A stretch of 51,213 nt of DNA from Faecalibacterium sp. (lineage in GTDB: Bacteria; Bacillota; Clostridia; Oscillospirales; Ruminococcaceae), in the NCBI GenBank assembly GCA_020025795.1, contig JAHHRK010000001.1, forward strand, positions 1 through 51,213. The letters run 5' to 3'. The notes under the pieces are model-generated. The model made no database searches. It was given only the letters and a program-made list of their open reading frames with translations, and was not told the DNA's origin. The translations under genes were made by a program, and so were the position numbers. Positions within the stretch are counted from its first letter, which is position 1; each line of letters opens with the position of its first letter. This document shows positions 37,589 to 46,325 of the stretch, piece by piece.

Positions 37589-38278
37589 ATGGAATTCAAC
37601 CGAATTATCACCCTGCTGCGAAAAGAGCGCGGAATCACACAGAAACAGGCAGCGGCCGATCTGGGCGTTTCGCAGGCATTGCTTTCTCACTACGAAAAAG
37701 GCATTCGAGAATGCGGCTTGGAATTCGTCGTTAAAGTGGCGGATTATTATGGGGTGTCCTGTGATTATTTGCTGGGCCGCAGTGCGGACCGGAGCGGTGC
37801 AGTGCTGAGTGCAGAAAATCTGCCCAACCCTGACGCCATGAAGGACGGTATCTACCGCGGCAGCGTGCTGCCTACGATGAATAAAAAGCTGATTTCCAAC
37901 AGCCTGAACGTGCTGTATGCCAAGCTGGGCAACTGCCAGAACAAGGAAATCGTCACCGAAGCCAGCGCATATTTGATGCTGGCTGTATACAAGGTGTTCC
38001 GCCATTTGTACAGCGCCGAAAGCCGCAACACCAGCAGCCTGTTCAGTATATCACAAAATACCTGGCAAGGCTATTCCGATTCTGCTATGAAAGTGGCAGA
38101 GGCAAACCTGTGTGCTACGCTGGCCGGTGAAGACGTAAGCGGCAAGGGCGAACAGCTGAAGGATACGACCTGCCTTGCAATGACGACGGACAGCCTGTCG
38201 GAGGAATATCCGCTGTATGCATCCAGCCTGCTGAATCTGGTAAAAACCAGTGAAGGTCGCATTGAAAAATTGAAGTAA
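37589..38278 (+). CDS. XRE-family HTH regulator with C-terminal domain
   Basis: LRKERGITQKQAAADLGVSQALLSHYEKG...VSCDYLLG. Confidence 0.88.
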   Translation: MEFNRIITLLRKERGITQKQAAADLGVSQALLSHYEKGIRECGLEFVVKVADYYGVSCDYLLGRSADRSGAVLSAENLPNPDAMKDGIYRGSVLPTMNKKLISNSLNVLYAKLGNCQNKEIVTEASAYLMLAVYKVFRHLYSAESRNTSSLFSISQNTWQGYSDSAMKVAEANLCATLAGEDVSGKGEQLKDTTCLAMTTDSLSEEYPLYASSLLNLVKTSEGRIEKLK

Positions 38279-38434
38279 TCCCAAAAGAACACTTGTCGCA
38301 TTTCAGCGGCAGGTGTTCTTTTTTTGCCGTGAAAAAGGCGAATCAGAGAACTGGAAGCTGCGCCCATCAGGAAAAACAAAAAGCAAGGGCACACCTTGAG
38401 AAGGTCACCCTTGCTTTGGATCAGGTTGGACGGC

Positions 38435-38686
38435 TTACAGTTCGCGGAGCTTGGAAAGACAAGCCGAGCAAACGCAGACGTTGTTTACTACGATGGCGTT
38501 GGGATCTTCCTTGCCGCAGAATACACAGCGATCATGCGGACGATGCTTTTTCAGCAGGATTGTGTCACCTTCTACGGAAATATCCATAGAGGTGCCTGCG
38601 GGCAGATCAAGACTGTCACGCAGTTCTTTCGGTAGGACGATGCGTCCCAAATGGTCCACATTGCGTGTAATGCCGATATGTTTCAT
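38435..38686 (-). CDS. abrB: AbrB-family transition-state regulator
   Basis: GITRNVDHLGRIVLPKELR; C-terminal CVFC...CSAC. Confidence 0.85.
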   Translation of the reverse strand: MKHIGITRNVDHLGRIVLPKELRDSLDLPAGTSMDISVEGDTILLKKHRPHDRCVFCGKEDPNAIVVNNVCVCSACLSKLREL

Positions 38687-38719
38687 GATAAGGTTCCCTT
38701 TCCGTTACCGGGTGGGAGA

Positions 38720-39730
38720 TCACAACTGCAGCAGGCCTACTTTTTTGTAGACCTTCTGCACCATGCGATCAGCCAGTCGGGATGCGCCAGCGGCACCATC
38801 CGCCAACACCTGGTCAACGTAAGCCTTATCCGCCAGGATGCGGCTATATTCGTTCTGGATGGGAGCAAGACCGTCTGCGATAACTTCGCCTACGGCCTGC
38901 TTGAAGCTGCCGTAGCCCTGGCCTTCAAATTCAGCCTGGATAGCGGCCATGTCCTTGCCGGTAAAGACACCGTACATGGTCATCAGGTTGGAAACGCCGG
39001 GCTTTTCAGCAGGATCAAAGCGGACAATACCATCCGAATCGGTTACAGCGCGCTTGCACTTGCGCAGGATGGTGTCCTTGTCGTCTGTCATCAGGATGAA
39101 GCCGTTCACGTTGGTGTCGCTCTTGCTCATCTTGCGGGTGGGATCGGCCAGGCTCATGATCTTGGCGCCAGCCTTGGGTACATAGCCTTCCGGCAGGGTG
39201 AACGTGGGGCTGTATGCGTTATTGAAGCGCTGGGCCACGTTGCGTGCCAGCTCCAGATGCTGGGTCTGATCCTGACCAACGGGAACCAGGTCGGCGTTGT
39301 AAATCAGGATGTCAGCAGCCATCAGGCTGGGGTAGGTGAACAGACCACCGTTTACGTTGTCAGGATGCTTTGCGCTCTTATCCTTAAACTGGGTCATGCG
39401 GCTCAGCTCGCCAAACTGGGAATTACAGGTCAGAATCCAGCTCAGCTGGGTGTGCGCAGGCACATGGCTCTGCACGAATACCAGGCTGCGGCTGGGGTCA
39501 ATGCCAGCGGCCAGAACCATGGCAACCGCTTCACGCGTATGGCGGCGCAGCTCGGCGGGAACCTGGCGGACGGTCAGTGCGTGCAGGTCGGCAATCATGT
39601 ACAGGCTTTCGAATTCATCCTGCAGCTTTGCCCAGTTGCGAATCGCACCAATGTAATTGCCCAGGGTAAAGGTGCCTGTGGGCTGAATACCGGAAAGAAT
39701 GCGCTTTTTGCGCTCGATTGTTTCACTCAT
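38720..39730 (-). CDS. trpS: Tryptophanyl-tRNA synthetase
   Basis: SGIQPTG, TLGN, YP.LMAADIL, VPVGQDQ, KMSKS. Confidence 0.98.
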   Translation of the reverse strand: MSETIERKKRILSGIQPTGTFTLGNYIGAIRNWAKLQDEFESLYMIADLHALTVRQVPAELRRHTREAVAMVLAAGIDPSRSLVFVQSHVPAHTQLSWILTCNSQFGELSRMTQFKDKSAKHPDNVNGGLFTYPSLMAADILIYNADLVPVGQDQTQHLELARNVAQRFNNAYSPTFTLPEGYVPKAGAKIMSLADPTRKMSKSDTNVNGFILMTDDKDTILRKCKRAVTDSDGIVRFDPAEKPGVSNLMTMYGVFTGKDMAAIQAEFEGQGYGSFKQAVGEVIADGLAPIQNEYSRILADKAYVDQVLADGAAGASRLADRMVQKVYKKVGLLQL

Positions 39731-39835
39731 ACGGATTTCCTCACTTTTTATATGGAATCTTTTAGAATAGTACGTATAGCACTTTAGGAAACGAAAGAAT
39801 TAGATATATAGTAAGTATATCACGTTTATTGTGCG

Positions 39836-39864
39836 TTGACAAACGCATTTGTAAAGGGTAGACT
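39836..39864 (+). promoter_or_regulatory. Promoter of gltX
   Basis: TTGACA-N17-TAGACT. Confidence 0.7.
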
Positions 39865-39938
39865 AAATTCGACGATATTGCGGCGCACGTCGCCCCGTTA
39901 TTGGCCTGTTAAAGGGCCAGATATAAGGAGAGAAGAAT

Positions 39939-41408
39939 ATGGCAACTAACAAAGTTCGCACTCGATTTGCACCCAGCCCTACGGGTTATATGCACGTAGG
40001 CAACCTGCGTACTGCTCTGTATGCTTACCTGATGGCAAAGCATGAGGATGGTACCTTTATCCTGCGCATCGAAGATACCGACCAGGAGCGCTATGTGGAA
40101 GGCGCTGTGGATGTGATTTATAACACCTGCCGCGAAACCGGCCTGATCTGGGACGAAGGTCCGGATATTGGCGGTCCCGTTGGCCCCTATGTGCAGAGCG
40201 AGCGCATGGGTATGTTCAAGAAGTATGCGGAGCAGCTGGTGGAAGCTGGCAAGGCTTACTACTGCTTCTGCACGCCGGAGCGCCTGGAAAAAATGCACGC
40301 AGAACAGCAGGCAAAGGGCGAAATGACGCACTATGACGGCCACTGCCGTGATCTGCCTGCGGATGAAGTGAAGGCTCTGCTGGATGCCGGCACTCCCTAC
40401 GTTATCCGCCAGAAAATCCCCAAGGGCCAGGTGGCAGGCTTTGACGATCTGGTATATGGCCATATCGAAATCAGCACCGACGAGATCGACGATCAGATCC
40501 TGATCAAGACCGACGGTATGCCCACCTATAACTTTGCAAACGTGGTGGACGACCACCTGATGGGCATTACCCACGTGATCCGCGGCAGTGAGTACCTGTC
40601 CTCTACGCCCAAGTACAACCTGCTGTACGAGGCATTCGGCTGGGATATTCCGGCTTATATCCACTGCCCGCCCGTGATGAAGGACGCACAGAACAAGCTG
40701 TCCAAGCGCAATGGTGATGCCAGCTATCAGGATCTGGTGGCAAAGGGCTACCTGACCGAAGCAATCATGAACTATATCTGCCTGCTGGGCTGGAGCCCCC
40801 GCGGCGAATATGCAGAGCAGGAAATCTTCTCGCTGGAAGAACTGAAGAAGGTTTGGGAGCCGTCCGGCATTTCCAAGTCTCCTGCTATTTTTGACCCGCT
40901 GAAGCTGCGTGCCATCAATGCTGAGTATATCCGCCGCCTGTCTCCGGAAGAATTCCTAGCAAAGGCTGAGCCTTGGATCGACAGCGCTGTGAAGCGCCCC
41001 ATCAACAAGGCTTTGCTGTGCGCAAACCTGCAGCCTCGCTGCGAGGTCCTGGGCGAAATCCCGGAGCAGCTGGATTTCTTTGACGAAATGCCGGAATACG
41101 ACATTTCCATGTATGCCAACAAGAAGCAGAAGACCAGCCCGGAAACCGCTCTGGAAGCACTGAAGGCTCTGGAAGTGGTGCTGTCTGATGCAAATCTGGA
41201 CTTTAACGATAAGGACGCTCTGTTTGCAGCCTGCAAGGCAAAGGCGGAAGAAATGGGCAAGAAGAATGGCTGGCTGCTGTATCCGCTGGGCATTGCTTTG
41301 TCTGGCAAGCAGCGTACCCCCGGCGGCGGCACCGATCTGGCTTGCATGTTCGGCCAGGAGGAAACCCTGAACCGCGTGCGCGCAGCCATCGCCAAGCTGG
41401 AAGCATAA
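39939..41408 (+). CDS. gltX: Glutamyl-tRNA synthetase
   Basis: RFAPSPTG.MHVGN, LRIEDTD, KLSKR. Confidence 0.98.
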   Translation: MATNKVRTRFAPSPTGYMHVGNLRTALYAYLMAKHEDGTFILRIEDTDQERYVEGAVDVIYNTCRETGLIWDEGPDIGGPVGPYVQSERMGMFKKYAEQLVEAGKAYYCFCTPERLEKMHAEQQAKGEMTHYDGHCRDLPADEVKALLDAGTPYVIRQKIPKGQVAGFDDLVYGHIEISTDEIDDQILIKTDGMPTYNFANVVDDHLMGITHVIRGSEYLSSTPKYNLLYEAFGWDIPAYIHCPPVMKDAQNKLSKRNGDASYQDLVAKGYLTEAIMNYICLLGWSPRGEYAEQEIFSLEELKKVWEPSGISKSPAIFDPLKLRAINAEYIRRLSPEEFLAKAEPWIDSAVKRPINKALLCANLQPRCEVLGEIPEQLDFFDEMPEYDISMYANKKQKTSPETALEALKALEVVLSDANLDFNDKDALFAACKAKAEEMGKKNGWLLYPLGIALSGKQRTPGGGTDLACMFGQEETLNRVRAAIAKLEA

Positions 41409-41466
41409 AATAGAACTTTCTATAAAAAACGGCGATAACGCGAAAATATTCCCCGAAAAGAAGCAG

Positions 41467-41502
41467 AAAAGCCCCTTTCCCATAACGGGAGAGGGGCTTT
41501 TT
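41467..41502 (+). terminator. Terminator after gltX
   Basis: AAAAGCCCCTTTCCC...GGGAGAGGGGCTTTTT. Confidence 0.8.
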
Positions 41503-41599
41503 GCAGCTTTGTGCCGCTTCGCCGCCTGCGGCATTTTCCGCCGTTTGGTGCGTGGTACCTTGTTCTTGCAAGATGCAGAGAAACAGGGAGGGAGCTCAA

Positions 41600-43870
41600 G
41601 TGGAAAAACTTTCGGAATGGTGGAGTGATACAGCGCAGCGTCCGGTAGCGGCAGGGAATGCGGCAGCGCGGATGTTTGGGCACCAGCTAGCGTGCATCGC
41701 CTGGGGCGCAGCAGCCGGTTTTGGCAGCTGGTACGGCTTATTGCACCCATTGGGGCTGGCTGTGGTGCTGGGTGCGGCGGAGACAGATTATTTCTGGGTT
41801 GCGCTGGGTGCTGGAGCTGTGTCGCTGCTGGTACATACGCAGCCGATGGCACTGGTGCACCTTTGTGTGGCTATTGCAACGGCAGGCATACGCTGGGCAC
41901 GACCGCGCAGCTTCCCATTTGCAGCAACACTGGGGGCTGGTATGTTGCTTTGCATGAGCTGGCTTTTGTGGCTGGGCGGCAGCATATCGGCACAGGTGGC
42001 ACTGGTATCTCTGGCAGAGAGTGTGCTGGCGGTTTTATTGGGATGGCAACTGGTGCGCTGCCCACCAAACGGCAGCGAAAAGGGATTGCTTTTGCCGGGT
42101 GTGGTGCTGCTGACGATTTTGGCGAATATTCCGGCTGGGCCGCTTTGGATTGGCGTGATTTTTTCCACTGGCGCAGGGCTTGTACTGTCCTGTCGTGGCC
42201 GGCGGGAACGGGCGTTGGTGACCATGGGCGTGTTGGCAGCTGGTTTGTGTGCGGCAGCGCCGCAGCAGTTGTTTGCAGGCGTTGCTGTTTTAGGTGGAAC
42301 GCTGCTGGCTGTTACATATGGCGCAGGAGATCGGCTGCGGTGCAGCGGACTATTTTTGCTGGGATGTTTGCCCGGTGCATTGTGTGTGTCTGGGGCTGGG
42401 CAGGCAGGATGCTTCTGGTTGGCATTTGCGCTGGGCCAGGTACTGTTTTTTTGTATGCCTGCACATTTGGTGCTCGCGGTGCCCGTATCTGACCCAACCG
42501 AAAGCGCAGGTCGCCCGGCGGTGAGCCTTGCGGCAAATCGACTGGAAGCAGCGGCAAACAGTCTGACCGAAATTGCAGATACCATTCAACAAATCTACGA
42601 AGTGCTGCCCCCGCAGGGCGAAAATTATAACTGGGTGGTGGAGCGCACCCAGGAGGCATTGTGTTCCCATTGCGAAAATAGGGAGAAGTGCTGGCAGACC
42701 CGCTATAACGATACCGTGGAGGCACTGTTCCATCTGAAACCCATGCTGGAACAGAACGGTCAGCTGGATCTGGCCAAGCTGCCGGGACAGTTTTCCTATT
42801 GTATTCATCCATCGGCGCTGTGTGCCGCAGTGGAGCGCAGCTGGGTGGAGTATGGTGCGCGCCGCAAAGCGAGAGCGCGCTCACAGGGGATGCGTGCGGC
42901 CATTACGGAACAATACGAAGCAATCGCTCAAGCATTGGCGGCATTGGCGCAGCAGCTTGGTGTACAGGGCAGCCGGGATGCAGGACGAACTGGACGTCTG
43001 GCGGCGGCGTTTGCTTCGCTGGGGCGCGAACCGTTGGCCTGTTCCGTCACTTTTGGCGGACAGGGACAGTTGCAGGCTGCTGTAACCTTACGCCGCATGG
43101 ATTTTTCCAAGAATGATTTGCGCATCTTGGCGGAGGAAACCAGTCGCGTTTGCCACCGACAGATGGATGTTCCGCAGGTGTGCAACGGCAAGGATGCTGT
43201 CACATTGATTTTCGCGGAAAAGGCGCGGCTGCGTCCCATATTCGGTATGGCGAACAGTCCGGCACAACAGCAGGTATCCGGCGATGTGGTGCGTCAGTTC
43301 TGTGTGGGCGATACGGCAGCAATGCTGCTGTGTGACGGTATGGGTACCGGTCGCCCTGCGGCGGTAGACGGCACGGTGGCGGCGAACCTGACGACAAGCT
43401 TGTTACAGGCAGGCTTTCAGGCAGAAACTGCTGCCCGTTTGACCAATGTGGCGCTGGCGCTGAAAAGCGATGAAGAAAGCAGTGCAACGCTGGATTTATT
43501 GCAGGTGGATTTGTACACCGGTTCCGCGCTGTTGTACAAGGCAGGCGCAGCACCTGGTTTTGTGGTACAGAACGGGAAAGCGCGTGTGCTGGATGGTCCG
43601 GGTTTGCCGATGGGGCTTTTGGCGCGAGTGAAAAGCGAAACACGCAGCCTGCGTTTGTATGCCGGAGACTGGGCGGTTCTGGTATCGGACGGCATGCTGA
43701 TGGATGGAACGGACTGGATCTTACAGCAGCTGGAGCTGTGTGCAGCCAGTGGCAGCACCCCGGCGGATACCGCAGCACTTTTAGTACGCACCGGAAAAAT
43801 GCGTGCGCAGCGTACCGGCCGACCGGACGATATTACGGTGACGGTAATGCGGCTGGAACAGGTGAGCTGA
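41600..43870 (+). CDS. spoIIE: Stage II sporulation protein E-like membrane PP2C phosphatase
   Basis: Multi-TM N-terminus, CSHC...CW linker, SGD, LCDGMG.G, ATLD, KAGA, SDG, DDITV; GTG start after GGAGG. Confidence 0.8.
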   Translation: MEKLSEWWSDTAQRPVAAGNAAARMFGHQLACIAWGAAAGFGSWYGLLHPLGLAVVLGAAETDYFWVALGAGAVSLLVHTQPMALVHLCVAIATAGIRWARPRSFPFAATLGAGMLLCMSWLLWLGGSISAQVALVSLAESVLAVLLGWQLVRCPPNGSEKGLLLPGVVLLTILANIPAGPLWIGVIFSTGAGLVLSCRGRRERALVTMGVLAAGLCAAAPQQLFAGVAVLGGTLLAVTYGAGDRLRCSGLFLLGCLPGALCVSGAGQAGCFWLAFALGQVLFFCMPAHLVLAVPVSDPTESAGRPAVSLAANRLEAAANSLTEIADTIQQIYEVLPPQGENYNWVVERTQEALCSHCENREKCWQTRYNDTVEALFHLKPMLEQNGQLDLAKLPGQFSYCIHPSALCAAVERSWVEYGARRKARARSQGMRAAITEQYEAIAQALAALAQQLGVQGSRDAGRTGRLAAAFASLGREPLACSVTFGGQGQLQAAVTLRRMDFSKNDLRILAEETSRVCHRQMDVPQVCNGKDAVTLIFAEKARLRPIFGMANSPAQQQVSGDVVRQFCVGDTAAMLLCDGMGTGRPAAVDGTVAANLTTSLLQAGFQAETAARLTNVALALKSDEESSATLDLLQVDLYTGSALLYKAGAAPGFVVQNGKARVLDGPGLPMGLLARVKSETRSLRLYAGDWAVLVSDGMLMDGTDWILQQLELCAASGSTPADTAALLVRTGKMRAQRTGRPDDITVTVMRLEQVS

Positions 43871-43877
43871 AAATAAT

Positions 43878-43913
43878 AAAAAGAGAGGACGACCTTTCGA
43901 TCGTCCTCTCTTT
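43878..43913. terminator. Bidirectional terminator spoIIE/fba
   Basis: AAAGAGAGGACGA...TCGTCCTCTCTTT. Confidence 0.8.
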
Positions 43914-43943
43914 ATTTATGCGATTCGCAAAGTGGGGTCAGGA

Positions 43944-44807
43944 TCAAGCCTTGTTGCCGCAGCCAAACAGGCTGATCTTCTCACGGCACTTGTCCTTGAT
44001 AGCTTCGCAGCCGGGAGCCAGCAGCTTGCGGGGGTCGAAGCCCTTGCCTTCCAGATCCTTGCCTGCCTCGATGTACTTGCGAGTAGCCTCAGCAAATACC
44101 AGCTGGCAGTCGGTGTTCACGTTGATCTTGCAAACGCCCAGGCTGATTGCCTTAGCAACCATCTCGTCGGGGATGCCGGTGCCGCCGTGCAGAACCAGAG
44201 GAATGTTGTCGGTTGCCTTGTGGATACGGTCCAGAGCCTCGAAGTCCAGACCCTTCCAGTTTGCGGGGTACTTGCCGTGGATGTTGCCGATGCCTGCTGC
44301 CAGGAAGTCAACGCCCAGAGCAGCGATCTTTGCGCACTCTTCGGGATCAGCGATCTCGCCGCTGCCGATGACGCCGTCTTCTTCGCCGCCGATTGCACCA
44401 ACCTCAGCCTCGATGGAGATGCCCTTGGAATGTGCCAGAGCTACCAGCTCCTTGGTCTTTTCTACGTTCTCCTCGATGGGGTAGTGGCTGCCGTCAAACA
44501 TGATAGAAGTGAAGCCAGCCTCGATGCAAGCCTTGCAGCCTTCGTAGCTGCCGTGGTCCAGGTGCAGAGCAACGGGAACAGTGATGCCCAGGCTGTCGTG
44601 CATAGCGCGAACCATAGCAGCAACGGTCTTATAACCGGTCATGTACTTGCCAGCGCCTTCAGAAACGCCCAGGATAACGGGGCTCTTCAGCTCTTCGCAG
44701 GCCAGCAGGATGCTCTTGGTCCACTCCAGGTTGTTGATGTTGAACTGGGGCACGCCGTAGTGACCGTCGCGAGCCTTCAGCAGCATTTCAGTTGCGTTTA
44801 CCATCAT
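43944..44807 (-). CDS. fba: Class II fructose-1,6-bisphosphate aldolase
   Basis: FNINNLE, LHLDHG, MFDGSH, EAEVG.IGGEED, GNIHG, VLHGGTG. Confidence 0.97.
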   Translation of the reverse strand: MMVNATEMLLKARDGHYGVPQFNINNLEWTKSILLACEELKSPVILGVSEGAGKYMTGYKTVAAMVRAMHDSLGITVPVALHLDHGSYEGCKACIEAGFTSIMFDGSHYPIEENVEKTKELVALAHSKGISIEAEVGAIGGEEDGVIGSGEIADPEECAKIAALGVDFLAAGIGNIHGKYPANWKGLDFEALDRIHKATDNIPLVLHGGTGIPDEMVAKAISLGVCKINVNTDCQLVFAEATRKYIEAGKDLEGKGFDPRKLLAPGCEAIKDKCREKISLFGCGNKA

Positions 44808-44873
44808 GATAGATTACCTCACTTTACAATTGATACAAGGGTGAAATCCCATGTATGTGTGATATGCGTATAT

Positions 44874-44902
44874 AGTATAAACAAATTCAGACGAAATTGC
44901 AA
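44874..44902 (-). promoter_or_regulatory. Promoter of fba
   Basis: Minus strand TTGCAA-N17-TATACT. Confidence 0.75.
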
Positions 44903-45053
44903 TCAAAATCCGGCACAATGTGATATTTGCTACTAAATTCGCAATATAAACGGGGATGATGCAACGAATGTATTATTGTTGCGGTCGAGAATGCGTTTAT
45001 GGACGAAATATTCTGTCGAAACAAGAATATTCCTGCGTGTAAAACTTTTTGGT

Positions 45054-45196
45054 AGTGGAAAACTTTCAAATTTGAGCGGAAAAGCAGTGGAAAACTTAGT
45101 GGATAAAGTGGAAAGCGTTTTAAAAAAGATGGAGAAATCAATATTTCATCCACATTTCTCACTGGATTTTCCACATGTGGAAAACTTTGCGGGAAA
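45054..45196. promoter_or_regulatory. Cluster of DnaA-box-like 9-mers
   Basis: AGTGGAAAA x2, AGCGGAAAA, AGTGGATAA, AGTGGAAAG, TCATCCACA, TTTTCCACA, TGTGGAAAA versus consensus TTATCCACA. Confidence 0.65.
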
Positions 45197-45427
45197 GTAG
45201 GTCTCTTTTTACGACAAGTATAAAATGTCCCATATGATGGAATGGATCTTAATAACAACGTCCATACTGTAAACGGGAAAGGGAAAGATCACTGTCGTGT
45301 GTGTAAAAAATGGAAAAACACCGCGCAATTTGCTAGAAAACAAAATCCGGGTATGCTATAATTTAACTGTATAAGCAAAACATAAAATGCGCCTCTTTTG
45401 GGCGCGTGACGATAAAAAGGAGCAGTT

Positions 45428-46309
45428 ATGGAACAGTTTAAGCCCTATGGACGTCCCCCCCGCAAGGATCGCAGCGAGCGTAAGCCGCGCGAAAACCGCA
45501 CCTTCCGTGAAGAACGCCCTTTCCGTGAGGAACGTGCGCAGCAGGACGAGCGTCCCGAAGGCGGCAACCTGAAAAGCGAAATTATTTACGGCAAGAATCC
45601 TGTCACCGAACTGCTCAAGAGCGGCACCGGTGTGGATACTGTGCTGATCAGCGACAGCATGGCACCGGCCGTGGCTTCTTACTATACCGCAATGGCTAAG
45701 GATGTTGGTGCTGTGGTCAAGCGTGTCAACCCCAACAAGCTGCGTGCAATGACCGGAACCGAAAGTCACCAGGGCGTGGCAGCGTTTGCCAGCGAAATCA
45801 GCTACGCTACCCTGGACGATTTGCTGAACATTGCAAAAGAAAAGGGCGAACCGCCGTTCCTGGTGCTGTCTGACGGCATCGAAGATCCGCACAACCTGGG
45901 TGCTGTGATTCGCAGCGCACTGCTATGTGGTGCACATGGTATTGTAATTCCCAAGCGTGGCGGTGCAGCGGTTACCGCTACGGTTATGAAGTCCAGTGCC
46001 GGCGCTGCCGAGCGCTTGCCGGTGGCACGCGTGGCCAATATTGCCGAAACGATTCGCCGCCTGAAAGACGAAGGCGTGTTTGTGTACTGCGCCGATATGG
46101 ACGGCACTTCTTTGAAGAAAACCAATCTGTCCGGTCCGGTTGCTTTGGTACTGGGCAGTGAAGGCAGCGGCGTCAGCCAGCTGGTCAAAAAGCGCTGCGA
46201 TGGCGCGGTTCGCCTGGACATGGCAGCACCGGGAACCGGTGTGGACAGCTTTAATGTGTCGGTAGCTGCCGGCATTATTCTGTACGAAATCATGTCGCAG
46301 CGCGGCTGA
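45428..46309 (+). CDS. rlmB: 23S rRNA Gm2251 2'-O-methyltransferase RlmB (TrmH family)
   Basis: IYGKNPV.E, HQGV, DGIEDPHNLGA.IRS, GSEG.G, SFNVSVA. Confidence 0.92.
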   Translation: MEQFKPYGRPPRKDRSERKPRENRTFREERPFREERAQQDERPEGGNLKSEIIYGKNPVTELLKSGTGVDTVLISDSMAPAVASYYTAMAKDVGAVVKRVNPNKLRAMTGTESHQGVAAFASEISYATLDDLLNIAKEKGEPPFLVLSDGIEDPHNLGAVIRSALLCGAHGIVIPKRGGAAVTATVMKSSAGAAERLPVARVANIAETIRRLKDEGVFVYCADMDGTSLKKTNLSGPVALVLGSEGSGVSQLVKKRCDGAVRLDMAAPGTGVDSFNVSVAAGIILYEIMSQRG

Positions 46310-46325
46310 AAAGGGGGAGAGCACG

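Noticed and set aside
36644..38278. Apparent overlap of 453-aa and 312-aa ORFs
   Set aside because: Artefact of upstream starts; likely true starts 37291 (-) and 37589 (+) are divergent and non-overlapping
45000..45200. oriC call for the DnaA-box cluster
   Set aside because: No dnaA/dnaN adjacent, no clear DnaA-trio run, and gene orientation does not switch here
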